Origin: Octopus bimaculoides | Lineage: Eukaryota | DNA length: 64,000 bases | Assembly (NCBI RefSeq): GCF_001194135.2 | Contig: NC_068997.1 | Coordinates: forward strand, 50,332,321 to 50,396,320 | Reading direction: 5' to 3' | Shown here: positions 39,901 through 51,300 of the stretch, piece by piece | Layout: each line of letters starts with the position of its first letter | Position numbering within the stretch: the stretch's first letter is position 1 | Position numbers and translations under genes: made by a program | The notes under the pieces: generated by a model | The model's input: the letters and a program-made list of their open reading frames with translations, nothing else | The model's database searches: none | What the model was told of the DNA's origin: nothing

Positions 39901-42900
39901 ACTTATTCTTTGTAAGCCTAGTACTTATTCTATCGGTCTCTTTTGCCGAACCGCTAAGTTACAGGGATGTAAACAACCCACCATCGGTTGTCAAGCGATG
40001 TTGGGGGGACCAAACACAGACACACACATATATATATATATATATACGATGGGCTTCTTTCAGTTTCCGTCTACCAAATCCACTCACAAGGCTTTGATCG
40101 GCCCGAGGCTATAGTAGAAGACACTTGCCCAAGGTGCCACTCAGTGGGACTGAACCCAGAACCATGTGATTAGGAAAGCAAGCTACTTACCACACAGCCA
40201 CTCCTGCGCCTATTAATGTAAAACCATGTTCCACTATGATGATCTCTGAACCTTTTTACTAAAAGAAGACAACTTTCCAGTATCCTCTTCTGCATCCTCT
40301 CCTCTCTCTCAACAATTGCAGTTACAAGAGTCCCTGTGTGATTTGTCATCTTCTATTCCTCAAAATTAATACAGTCCTCTGTCAGTGCTACTTCAGCATG
40401 CACTCTACTGTCTATAGCTTATGCTGTGAAATGACCTGATCTAGGTTAGGGTTAGGGTTAGACTGAGTGCTAGAGAGGCACTTCTCTCTCTTCTTCAGTG
40501 GTCCAGAGAGTCTCTGATTGTCGTTGTAATAGTTAGTAATAAATAGGTTATTAACCATTTGTTTCATCTTTCCAAACACCTTGATCCTATTCACATACAC
40601 ATGGAACCACATATTTTAATGTTATGTTAATCTTGACAATATCATCATCCCAAAATGTCTGGATCCCCCTAATTTTGTGACCTTTTATTTCAGGGATGTT
40701 ATCACATCAGCTAAAGAAGCATGTGATTGATGGTGAGAAGGCCATCATTTTGAACCCTACAGACGCCCAAAGGTAAGTGATGCATTTCCGAAAGGAATTT
40801 ATGATACAGAACCAGTATTGTTGGTGAGGCTTGAATTCCTAGGCAGGGTCTTGGTAGCAATGGACTGCCAAAACACAGTTTGAATTATGACACTCTTTTA
40901 CTTATTTCAGTCATTTGACTGCAGCCATGCTGGAGCACCACCTTTAGTCGAGCAAATCAACCCTAGGACTTGTTTTTTGTAAACCTAGTCATTATTCTAT
41001 TGGTCTCTTTTGCCGAACCGCTAAGTTACGGGGATGTAAACACACCGCCATTGGTTGTCAAGTGATGGTGGGGGGGGACAAACACAGACACACACATACA
41101 TATATACGATGGGCTTCTTTCAGTTTCCGTCTACCAAATCCACTCACAAGGCTTTAGTCAGCCTGAGGCAATAGTAGAAGACACTTGCCCAAGGTGCCCA
41201 GAACCATGTGGTTGGTAAGATAGCACCTTGTCTGAGACTGTCCTGGTTCTACGATGCAAACTTGAATCAAATTAAAAAACTTCCATGGTGGAAGATTTTA
41301 ATTCAAAACTTATGGAAAGAAGAAGACTTACTACAGAACCAGAGCCGGTTTCAGCTGGGTTGGTAACGTAAGGGTTAAATTGATTTAAATAGAGAAGTTT
41401 GCATCCCAGAATCAAGGGCAGACTCAAATGAGTTGATATCAAAAGGGTTTAAAAAAAAAAAAAAGAGTTCATAAAAAGTCTTGTTTCTAAGCTTATAAAT
41501 ATCAGGCATATATAAGTAGGATATTTCATTTTGCACAAACACTTAATCTGTTTGTGAAGATTTTAAATGTTAAACTAGACTTTTTGTTTCTTTTAATTTC
41601 CTTTTTTTTATATATTCTTTATTTTTTTTTCAATTTCTTTTGTAGGAAAGATCATGAGAAATGTGAATTTGAAGTGCACGATGTGTATGCCATTGATATT
41701 TTAGTCAGCACTGGTGAAGGAAAGGTAAATACTTGCTATTATGATTTACAGTTATATATGTGCAGAGAAGTGTTGTTTTCTGTGATGTTCTAAAGGTTAT
41801 CATCCTGTTCCTAGGAAGTACAGAATAAGCTTGGAAATAACTGATTTGTTAGGTCAAAAGATGGTCATCATCGCTGTTGAGCCATGACCTTCCTGCTGTA
41901 TATTTGGACATTGTGTTCTAAGATTGCATTATCCATTATCATCATCAGCACCATCACCATTGAATGTCCATTTTCCATGCTGGCATGGGTTGAACAATTC
42001 TACAGGAGCTGGCAAGTCAGAAGATTGCATTAGGCTCCAGAGCCTGCTTGGACATGGTTTCTACACCTAGATGGCCTTCCTAAGAATCATTCTTTATTTA
42101 TATATATATATATATAATTACTATAATAAAGGCTCTAGGATGCACTTTGAGAGAGATTTGGCTGTTCTTTCAAGGAAATAACTGTCTGAGCCTTGTTGGC
42201 ATTGAGCAATCATCAATTTCCCTTGTAATATATTTAGTGAGAGAAAACGGTGTGTAGTTTAAGTTTAAATTTAGCCTTTTCTAGTACAAATGCGACTATC
42301 AGCATATGAAGTAGACTGGTTAAAGTGGCCAGCTGGAGCAGGTCAAAGATTCTCCATTATGTAAATCTTCACCATGGTTCTGGTTTGGAGATCACTCTAC
42401 AGTATCAGCAGAAGGGCACAGAGAGAAAGAGAGAGAGAGAGAGTTATGAACATCATCATTATCATTTTAAGGTCCACTTTTTCGTGCTTGTATGGGTTGG
42501 ACAGTTTGAGACAGATTTTCTATGGTCAGATATGATTTTTGTAGACTATTGGAAATGATTGACACTGCTTGTATGACAGTGGTACTCATTTACAACTTTC
42601 ATGTGAGTTCAAGACAAGGAGACACTTACATACATTTCTTTTACTTTCCATCTACGAAATCCACGTACAGGGTTTTTGTTGCCCCAGGCCAATACTAGAA
42701 AGCCGAAGGTGTCATGCAATGGAACTGAACTCCTGACCATGTGGTTTGGAAGCATACTTCTTAACCACAACTGTGCCTATGTAACATATCTCATTGTGCA
42801 GTGTCTTGGGCCAATCCTTTTTTGCCTAACCTCAGGTTGAAAGATGGACAGTAAATTTGACTGACTGACTGGGACCATGGCAATACTCCAGTCCATACCA

Positions 42901-45900
42901 ACATGGAAAGTGGATATAGAGATTATGTGTGAGTATCAAGAGTGATAAATATGAAAACCGATTCACTTGGGCTTTCAAATCTCTTGTGCAGTTAACCAAT
43001 AATTGGAAACCAGTAACCAATGGTGCTGTTTATAGAGCAAATTTTTGTGATCAATTTATTTTAGGTGATATATCAAGATTAGGTCTGAAGAGGGTTGTGT
43101 CTAGTCCCGTTTCATTGAAAAAGCAATAATTACAAATTTTAATATTCGTTTTATTTCAAAGGGAAAAGAAGTTGACACAAGGACGACAATCTACAAGAAA
43201 AAAGATGCGATTTACCAATTGAAGATGAGAGTCTCTCGCCGTAAGTTTTTGTTTTTAAATTAAAAATTTACCCACATGTTTCATTGAGTAGAACATCAAA
43301 CTTTCATGACAAAGGTAGGCATGGCCATGTGGCTTAGAAGTTTGCTTCAGAACCACACAGTTTAAGGTTGGTTTCCCATCCACTTGATGGACACTGTCAG
43401 TTGGTGTCTTCTATTATAACTATGGGGTGACCGAATGTCCACTTATCTATAGGTAGATTTTCTATAGCCAGATGCCCTTCCTGTCACCAACCATCACCTG
43501 TTTCCAAGCAAACTAACACTTTCCTATGGCTAGACCTGTTTTTTGCAGAAAACTAGAAGCAAACAACTTCGCCTAAGTACCAGTTATGCACTGGAGTCAA
43601 TATAATCGACTTAATCCGTTTGTCTGTCCTTGTTTGTCCCCGCTGTGTGTAGCCCCTTGTGGGCAGTAAAGAAATAAGATTGCTTTTTAGTTACATCCCT
43701 TTATGTTCTGTATTCCAAACATCACTGCTGGCTGGTAAAATATAAGTGCCGGTCTCAATGGTCAACTGCTACTGGTTAGGTATCGATGACACACTGGTGT
43801 CAGTTTATTTACTATCCTTTACATCTTTCAAAATTGGTAACTTTTTAGTCAATGTTAGAAATTATTTCAAGGTGGTGGATTGCTAGAATCATTGGAACAT
43901 TGGACAAAATGTCTTACAGTATTTATTTCGACTGGTATTGATATANNNNNNNNNNNNNNNNNNNNNNNNNNNNNNNNNNNNNNNNNNNNNNNNNNNNNNN
44001 NNNNNNNNNNNNNNNNNNNNNNNNNNNNNNNNNNNNNNNNNNNNNNNNNNNNNNNNNNNNNNNNNNNNNNNNNNNNNNNNNNNNNNNNNNNNNNNNNNNN
44101 NNNNNNNNNNNNNNNNNNNNNNNNNNNNNNNNNNNNNNNNNNNNNNNNNNNNNNNNNNNNNNNNNNNNNNNNNNNNNNNNNNNNNNNNNNNNNNNNNNNN
44201 NNNNNNNNNNNNNNNNNNNNNNNNNNNNNNNNNNNNNNNNNNNNNNNNNNNNNNNAGTCGAAATAGGATAAGAAAAGAGTAAAAAGGGGGTTGCATAGGA
44301 GCTAAATTAGTGGAACACTGAAATGAAATGGGTCTGCTCCTTTATTCCACGGGTCTGGTATTTTTTTAATTAAATTCCTATTTGTTAAAGGGGTTGTGTG
44401 CGACCCTGTGCTTCATTGACCCTTTATCTCTCTAATTGGTTGTTGTTGTTGTATTTCAGATTGTTTGAAGATGAAAAGAAGGCTAAAATGGGATTAATGG
44501 AGTGTGTCAAGCATGAGTTGATGCAACCTTACAATGTTCTATATGAAAAAGAAGGTATGTATATTTCTGTTCTTGTTGTTACTGATTCATTGAACAGAGA
44601 GAGAGAGACTTTGTGTTTTCATTTAATTAACTCTGGACTTGTTGTTGTAAATATCTGAAACTAATGGGAGAGAGAGAGAGGTGTTGAGGGAGTAAAACGG
44701 TCAGAACATGTTTCATGCCAAAATGGTCTGTAGTTGACAATGGTTAAGAACTGGTTAAAATTTGTATTATTCAACACAAACACTCAGATTTTACTTCAAC
44801 CTTTTAGTATATAAGTCACTCGTATCTGGACCAGATGCTACCTGTTTTCTGATCAGATTGACCGTAACCCACGTTACAATATTCAAGTATCACACCAGAA
44901 AAATCTTTTAGCTTCGAGATAATGTGAAATAAAGCCATTCCAACCTAATTGTGATTCTTAATATTGTGAAATTTTAACATTAGATTTTTTTTATTCAACA
45001 TTCGAGATGGAGGTTGATTCTTCTATAATTACCAATATTTTCAAGACACCATTATGGTAGCATAGTCACCAGAGTAATTTAGGTACTAAACGGTTTAAAC
45101 CTTTACCATTCAGCTGGAGTGGCCATTTATCTCCTGCAGCAAGACACCTGCCCCCCCTCCCTCTCTCTCTCTATAATAACTTTTGGTCTCTCAACACCTG
45201 ACACAGAGCCAGCTCCCTTGAAACTGCAGCCTCTGCTCTGTCAAACAATCTTGTCTTGCAAGTTCCTTGGTGACCTCGTTGGTGCCAGGGCCATGTAAAG
45301 AGCACCCAATACACTCTGCGAAGTGGTTGGAGTTAGGAATGGCATCCAACCATTGAAACCATCCAACTGAATACTATAGTTATATAGTGTAGAACACTGG
45401 CTTTTCCACTCTGGCATAATTTGGTTAGGTCTCATCTCCTGTTTGCCATCCTTGTCCTCTTATGCACACAGTAAATCACGGCTGCATTTTATGGTGCCAC
45501 TGACACCAGAGAAATTACTTGTGGTACTAAAGATTCCTATCTGCCTCCTGTGTCTTTATTAGATTTTTAGACTTGTAAGCACTTCCTGTCTCCACCCATT
45601 TTATGACTTTGACTGCATTATATCTTAGCATGTCTCTGGCATTAGGGAAGTTTTCTCTAACACGACTAAATAACTTAATATATCACATTTCTTCCATTTG
45701 TTACTTCCACTCAGCCAGATTTTCACAACTGAATACCCTGCTACCATTGCACAACACTATCACAGTTTTTATTCGAAATTACTGCTTTCCTATATAGGTT
45801 GCCCTCTCTGCATCTTGCAGCAGAGGCCATATCTCTATTGTACGATTAGGGCAGGATTATTTTGATATACTGCCTTTGCTGCAGATCATCCAGTTTCTTA

Positions 45901-47385
45901 GACTGACCCCATTCGCTGCCTGACATGGAAACTTCAAGTTAACTTTTGTAATTGAAATTGTTTTTGTTTTCTGTTCATTTATTGTTAGGAGAGTTTGTTG
46001 CCCAGTTTAAATTCACTATAATATTAATGCCAAACGGACCATTGAAAATCACCAACCCGCCTTTTGATAGCTCTATTTATGAATCAGAACATTCAGTAAC
46101 TGATGAAAAGTTGAAGGTGAGTAATCTGCAGTCTCTGTTGTGGTGGGGCTGTTTGTTTGTTGTTTTTTAATACATCTGGTTTATATTGTATGTAAAGGGT
46201 TACAATTGAAAGTTTATATTAGAAGTAGTGGTGATGTCAGGCAAGTAAATATCAAAACGGTTACAGCTGCTGAGTTAGCTACAGCTGGGTCGTGTATTTG
46301 TGTTTTTACTGTTCTGTTTAGGTACATTGTTAATGTTTGGCTAGCTAAGAAGTAGGCTGCCCAATCAGTTCGTTAACAGGTATCCAGCTAGCCAACTGTG
46401 AAATGAGAATGTAACTTCAGATGTCTGTTTCCAAATGATTGGCCTGATCCTAACCTGTTTAATTAACTCGTTTAGCATTTCACCCTTTAGTATTCAGATT
46501 ATTCTTCTAAATGAAATGCTCGTTTATTAACATTTTCTTCAATTAATTATACATTATCTTGTAGTTTTGGGATTTCAATGATGTGAAATACTTTTAGTAT
46601 GACATTGTAGGGTAGGTGTAACAGACCAGATATGGCCTGTTTGAGCATTAAACAAGTAGAATATTTTGGCTCGTTTAAACACTAAAGGGTTAAACGAGCC
46701 ATATCTATACCTACCCGACAATGTCTTTCTAAAAATAATTACCGTAACAAAATAAAGTTATTTCTACCTAAATATGTTTGTAAAAGATGAAATTTTCAAC
46801 AGCTCATAGTTTTGTTACGATGTTTGAAGTGGAGATAAGATATTTTTGTTATTACCAACATGGTTACAAGCCTGTTTCATTCAGGTGTCGCTGTGTGGTA
46901 AGATGCTTGCTTCCCAACCACATGGTTCTAGGTTCAGTTCCACTGCATGACACCTTGGGCAAGTGTTTTCTACTATATACCTCTGGTTCAACCAAAGATT
47001 GAGAGTGGATTTGAATGTATGTGTGTGTGTTTGTGTATCTCATTGTCTAGACATTGTGTGGTAGTTGTAAGTGATTGTCACAGCCATAAAAGCAATGTTA
47101 TTCATTTCCAATATTCTGTGAGAACCTGTCTGGCCTTGGGGATTTATGACTTTGCTTGGAAACGGGTGAGGTTTTTGGGTCACTGGAAGAGCATCATGCT
47201 AAGACTTGAATTGTTTTCCTCTTCCAAACCACTCATTCATCGAGTGTTGTTCTATCTTTCCATTTCAGGCTCTTTTAGCAAGTTCAGCTGAACGGAAATG
47301 TGTAAAGAAGAAGAAGAAAAAAGCCGACCGAATGATGGCTGAGAATGCAGACGCCATCCAAAAATGTGAAGGGAAGGTCCACTGA
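20689..47385 (+). CDS. PA2G4: Proliferation-associated protein 2G4 / ErbB3-binding protein 1 orthologue, multi-exon gene, ~391 aa predicted
   Basis: Manually spliced exons give [184 protein letters not shown]. These motifs are colinear with human PA2G4 as I recall it, and all visible introns are GT-AG with compatible phases. Confidence 0.97.
27094..27233 (-). mobile_element. SINE family B copy with CpGs intact (likely young)
   Basis: Reverse complement of the unit seen at 3877-4797. Confidence 0.85.
28296..28424 (+). CDS. PA2G4: PA2G4 exon 2 (129 nt)
   Basis: Acceptor ctttttcttctacag, donor G|GTAAAG; encodes [12 protein letters not shown]...[11 protein letters not shown]. Confidence 0.95.
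28955..29118. mobile_element. hAT (Charlie-like) MITE
   Basis: TIRs cagtgctcc/ggagcactg; 8-bp flanks ctctaggg and ctctagag (NTCTAGAN-like). Confidence 0.8.
31945..32034 (+). mobile_element. Decayed DNA-transposase C-terminus with CXC-type cysteine cluster
   Basis: [24 protein letters not shown]. Confidence 0.4.
34591..34847. mobile_element. hAT MITE
   Basis: TIRs cagtggtttccaaa/tttgggaacccctg; perfect 8-bp TSD acctaaac at 34583-34590 and 34848-34855. Confidence 0.85.
35116..35162 (+). CDS. PA2G4: PA2G4 exon 3, 5' part only; the rest is lost in N gap 35163-35467
   Basis: Acceptor tttttcag; encodes [16 protein letters not shown], then Ns. Confidence 0.95.
35163..35467. other. Assembly gap (N); other gaps at 2444-2456, 5732-5831, 43946-44256, 57103-57112 and 59590-59689
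   Basis: Runs of N. Confidence 1.
37524..37704. mobile_element. piggyBac-like MITE, subfamily A
   Basis: TTAA|CCCTTTAGCATT...AATGCTAAAGGG|TTAA; related copies at ~27768-27992, ~33865-34092, ~46482-46693, ~49632-49800, ~51530-51697 and ~54770-54903. Confidence 0.82.
37769..37838 (+). CDS. PA2G4: PA2G4 exon 4 (70 nt)
   Basis: Acceptor ctctacag, donor GTGAGT; [23 protein letters not shown]. Confidence 0.95.
38244..38336 (+). CDS. PA2G4: PA2G4 exon 5 (93 nt)
   Basis: Acceptor tttgttcag, donor GTAAGT; [31 protein letters not shown]. Confidence 0.95.
38373..38752 (+). mobile_element. Full-length tRNA-derived SINE family D in PA2G4 intron 5, CpG-intact
   Basis: A box tggcccagtgg, B box ggtttcgattccc; body gtggagtgctcagccacttgcacg; reverse copies at ~493-820, ~10925-11472 and ~55307-55660. 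Confidence 0.88.
38934..38997 (+). CDS. PA2G4: PA2G4 exon 6 (64 nt)
   Basis: Acceptor gttgtag, donor G|GTAAAT; [21 protein letters not shown]. Confidence 0.95.
39821..40210 (-). mobile_element. SINE family A, PA2G4 intron 6
   Basis: Reverse complement of the 18992-19354 element. Confidence 0.88.
40694..40772 (+). CDS. PA2G4: PA2G4 exon 7 (79 nt)
   Basis: Acceptor ttatttcag, donor AG|GTAAGT; [26 protein letters not shown]. Confidence 0.95.
40895..41217 (-). mobile_element. SINE family A, PA2G4 intron 7
   Basis: Same consensus as above. Confidence 0.85.
41646..41724 (+). CDS. PA2G4: PA2G4 exon 8 (79 nt)
   Basis: Acceptor ctttgtag, donor AAG|GTAAAT; [26 protein letters not shown]. Confidence 0.95.
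43162..43240 (+). CDS. PA2G4: PA2G4 exon 9a (79 nt, ends in phase 1)
   Basis: Acceptor ttatttcaaag, donor GTAAGT; [26 protein letters not shown]. Confidence 0.92.
44460..44554 (+). CDS. PA2G4: PA2G4 exon (95 nt, starts in phase 2)
   Basis: Acceptor gtatttcag, donor G|GTATGT; [31 protein letters not shown]. Confidence 0.95.
45989..46116 (+). CDS. PA2G4: PA2G4 exon (128 nt)
   Basis: Acceptor attgttag, donor AAG|GTGAGT; [43 protein letters not shown]. Confidence 0.95.
47269..47385 (+). CDS. PA2G4: PA2G4 last coding exon, with poly-Lys tract
   Basis: Acceptor catttcag; [38 protein letters not shown], then TGA (followed by TGA TAA). The LKALL (LxxLL) motif spans the junction. Confidence 0.92.
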   Translation, partial: ALLASSAERKCVKKKKKKADRMMAENADAIQKCEGKVH

Positions 47386-47976
47386 TGATAAACTGATGAT
47401 GAACCAACTGTACTTGGCCTGGAATATCTGCCTCTAGCAAATTACTTGCTGCTGGCTTGTAGTTCAAAGGACATGTAGCTTTTTTATATAAGAGACTGCT
47501 TGCTACTGGTTCGGTTTGCCACACCATTGCCAGTTCAAAGCAGTCAATTTCTCTTTCTCTCTCTCTCCTTCTCTCTATTTACAGCTCTCTCTATCTCTCT
47601 CTCTCTCTCTCTCTGATTCCCAATGTCTAAAAGTGGACAATTTATGTCAAAAGCTGAGTAGTTTTAATGAAATGTCACTTGGAAAATCATAGACAAGAAG
47701 CTTTTCTTTTTTTTCTTATTGTCATACTAGTCCATTTTACACATTTTATTTTTTAATATATATGCATATATATATATATATGTATATATATATAACTGCT
47801 ATTAAACAGTTGTCACAGGAAACAGGCTCAAGCTTAACTAGCTTTTTTATTTTTATAATTTTTTTGGTTCCACTTAAAATAATGTAAATTTAATTTGGAA
47901 AAAACAAAAAGGGAGAGGAAACAAAACAATATTAAAGCATGAAATCTTCCAAAAAATTAAATTTATTTGTGGATTC

Positions 47977-47982
47977 AATAAA
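47977..47982 (+). promoter_or_regulatory. Candidate PA2G4 polyadenylation signal AATAAA (alternative ATTAAA at 47801-47806)
   Basis: First canonical hexamer I found downstream of the stop codon, ~600 nt after it. Confidence 0.35.
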
Positions 47983-48157
47983 TAGCTTATTAAACTGTTA
48001 ATTACAATGATTCCAAGGGTAACCAAGGTTGAGTTGATTAAAAGATCAGACGAACCAATCTTCTGAAGAAATTGGCCAGGAATTTGTATCTCCTTTGCTT
48101 TCTGCACCTGAATAAGACATCTTTGGAGAATTTAGTCTTTATTTACTCAGCTGGAAA

Positions 48158-48330
48158 ATGGGTAAAGTTGCTCAGAAAAAGACTCGTGTCTTATCTTTGG
48201 GTGAGCGCATCTCATCGGTTTGGATGCCAACAGAAAAGCAGGAGAGAAGAGCATTGACCTAAAATACATTTTGGTTCATGGGATGGTTAGCTTTAAAGAA
48301 TATCTTCCAAAAGAAACGCATACGAGGAAT
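48158..48330 (+). mobile_element. Possible pogo/Tigger transposase N-terminal HTH relic
   Basis: MGKVAQKKTRVLSLGERI / LDANRKAGEKSIDL (frameshifted), resembling 'RKVLTLEEKI..LESGEK'. Confidence 0.3.
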
Positions 48331-51300
48331 TTGTAATGAGGACCAAACAAAAAAGGGGTGTTGATGTTTTAAGAATATCTGGGTGTGGTGATAAAGTATA
48401 TATTTTGCTAGAATATACTGGCTTGACAAACAACATAAGCATATTGGTGATTAGCAATTAACTGTCAATTGCTTTAAAATATTAATTACCAATCTTTTGC
48501 TGTTTCTCCAGCGCCTCTTGCCTCGAGAGATATTTACTAACTCAAAATTAACCTGCTGTGATAAATCTTTTTTCCCCCTTCTTCCTAGTTCTGGAAAATT
48601 GGTCTGGTTAAATAGATTTGACGTTTCGTTATTTCTAAACTTGTGAAGCTGTCCTTTCATTATCCGTGTGTCCTAAACTCTGCTTTCGTTTTTGGTCATT
48701 TAAAAAAAAATACAATTTCTACTTCTTTCTTTATACATTCATTTTTAGTTTTTATGTTTTATTCAGGTCTGTAAGGAACCTTTTTTTTTTTTTCTTCCTT
48801 TCTTCTTGCAGTAAAATTCCATACAAAAAAACTTTCAAATCTTTGCTAATATTTTACAAACATCACCAAAATGGGGGGGAAAAAAACAAAACAAAACAAA
48901 AAATGCCAATTTTGCACACAATTATTAGAATTTTATAAAAGAGAAAAAGAGCTTTTTTTCTTTTCTAAAAGGAAAGGGGGAAAAAAAACTCCAAAAGACA
49001 AACCACATTTCTTTGCAATGGAATCAACTCTTAGAAACTGTTCTGTCCAGTGACTTTTTAGCAAGTAAAACTGTTATTTGTTGGAATATGTGGAGGCATT
49101 GTTATGTGGAAGTTTTTTGACAAGAGCTTCTCACAGTTAATTCTTTCCAGGGAGTGCCGTGGGTGAGACTCAGGTTCATTTTGGATCACAATAAACAGCT
49201 ATGGACGGTAGTAACTGGTCATAGCTTGGATGTATTATTGATACCTGTCTACTTTGATTTCTCTCACTGAGACTCACATGTTTTTTTAATCTTTTATTGA
49301 GACTTACTGTTTGTTTGTTTTTTTTTCTTGCTTGTATTCTCCCTACCTCAAGGTAATCCTACAAATATCCAGTGTGACACCTGACTCAGTTACTTGGGTA
49401 AAAAAAAATTTCCTATTACATATATTCCTGTTTTTATATCCATCAATCTTGGTTGGTTTTTGAGTGAATTATTCATTATCATGCACACATGTATATCATG
49501 ACTCATATACTGTTCACTTTCCTGAATTTTGTACATAATTCTATGTACTGTACATGCACCTTTGATGAGATGTAGTGCACCTGAGTATAATACACCATAA
49601 TTTCATTATCGTTATTTATCATCATCCTCATTTTAACCTTTTAACATTCCGATTACTCTCTCAAATGTAATGCTTCTTTATTCAGTTTTAAATTAATCAT
49701 GCATTATCTTGTAGGTTCGAGATTTCAATGATGTGATTGTTTATTTTTAGAATGACATTGTAGGGTAGGTGTACGAGACCAGATAAGGCTGATTTCAATC
49801 CAGAAGTGTTAAGGTCCAGTTCTTTCTCTCATGGGTCAGGCAGAATTTGCAGACCACCCTGTCAGGTGATGAGCCGGTTCTCAGGTAGACTTGATTGTGT
49901 ACTTCACAAGTTTGCTCTCATAACCAAGTGGTTTCTTTTACTGTAACATTGAATTACCCAATGCCGGGTAAGGAAAACTGGATTGCTGGGAACTTTAAGG
50001 AAGCCTGTTAGGTACATACATACATACAAAAATGGGTCTGGTAAGAAGCTTGCTTCCCAATCTCATTCTGGGTTCAATCACTGCATGGCACCTTGGGATG
50101 ACTGATGTCTTGTAAGTAGATTTAATAGACAGAAACTAAGAGAAACCCATTGCAAATGCGTGTTTATTCCCACCACGTCTACTTGACAACTGGTGTGGAT
50201 GTCTTAATGTCCCCATAACTTAGCAGTTCAGCAAACGACACTGATAGAATAAGTAGCAGACTTGTACGAAAACTACAGAATCTCGTGGCTACAGGAGGTG
50301 ACGAATGTGGAAGAGTTGAAGATGAAGGAACCCTTAAACACATGGTCATGTTTGCAACAATCATAAAAGTCCACCATGGGGACACTGTCAACTGGTGTCT
50401 TCTACTACCATTATAGGTGGGTCGATATTTTGTGAGAGAAATTTGATTGGTGGAAACTGGAAGAAGCCCTGTGTGTGTTTGTGTTTCCTCTTGTTGCTAA
50501 TTGGTATCAAGTGTCAGTGTGATGCAAATGGCCAGGCATGTGGAACCATGTTCAGCCCTTCAGTTTGTGGTTAGAAAGAAATTGTTTGACAAATTTCGTC
50601 TGACCCATGCAAACCTGGAAGAGTCGAAAAATGATGATGTGTGTGTATTTATCTTTAATGACCTGTAACTTAGTTTCTTGAATAGAGGTGGATAAAGTAA
50701 CTTTCTTTTCTAAGCACCAGTATGATCAACTTAAACCCTTAAATGTGGTGCCCCAGCATGTCCATGGTCCAATGGCTGAGACCTGTTCAAAAATTGTTAA
50801 AACTATAATGAAGATTGGGAAAGATTTCACAAATGATGTACTTGAGGTATGTGTTTTTACGATTTTATATTTCACAAGCTGTCCAACTGACAACACCTTT
50901 TTACTCATAAATTAAAATAACTACAATTTAAACTATCGTTACTATTGTGTTAACCTGTTTTCCATGCTTATTGAGGCAGATTTTCTTGGACTGGATGCCC
51001 TTCCTAGTGCCAATCCTCACTTTTTTAAGTTAGTATTTCCCTATAACCAAACATGCTTTTGCAGAATACTGGAAATGAATGACACTGCTTGTGTCATTCA
51101 TTTCACACAGTGTGAAGATGAGGAGACAAGCATGCATACATACACAAATATTGCAGGCTTCATTCAGTTTCCAGCTGGTTGTCCTGGATCAGATCGGTTT
51201 TCATTTATCATAAACAAATTTCATACTCGAGATCTTTGGCAATATACAGCAAGATATATAAGCAAGACTGTAGTCATGGCCGATGTTGCTGTCAGGTCAA

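Noticed and set aside
43924-44266. 10-bp inverted match (tatttcgact/agtcgaaata) flanking the N gap
   Set aside because: Too short, and both sides look like SINE fragments; the gap content is unknown
47383-47391. TGA TGA TAA stop cluster considered for readthrough or selenocysteine
   Set aside because: Tandem stops and no SECIS core argue for plain termination
49151-49162. Possible 12-nt microexon (ttccag|ggagtgccgtgg|gtgaga)
   Set aside because: Lies downstream of the PA2G4 stop with no host gene evident; such matches are expected by chance
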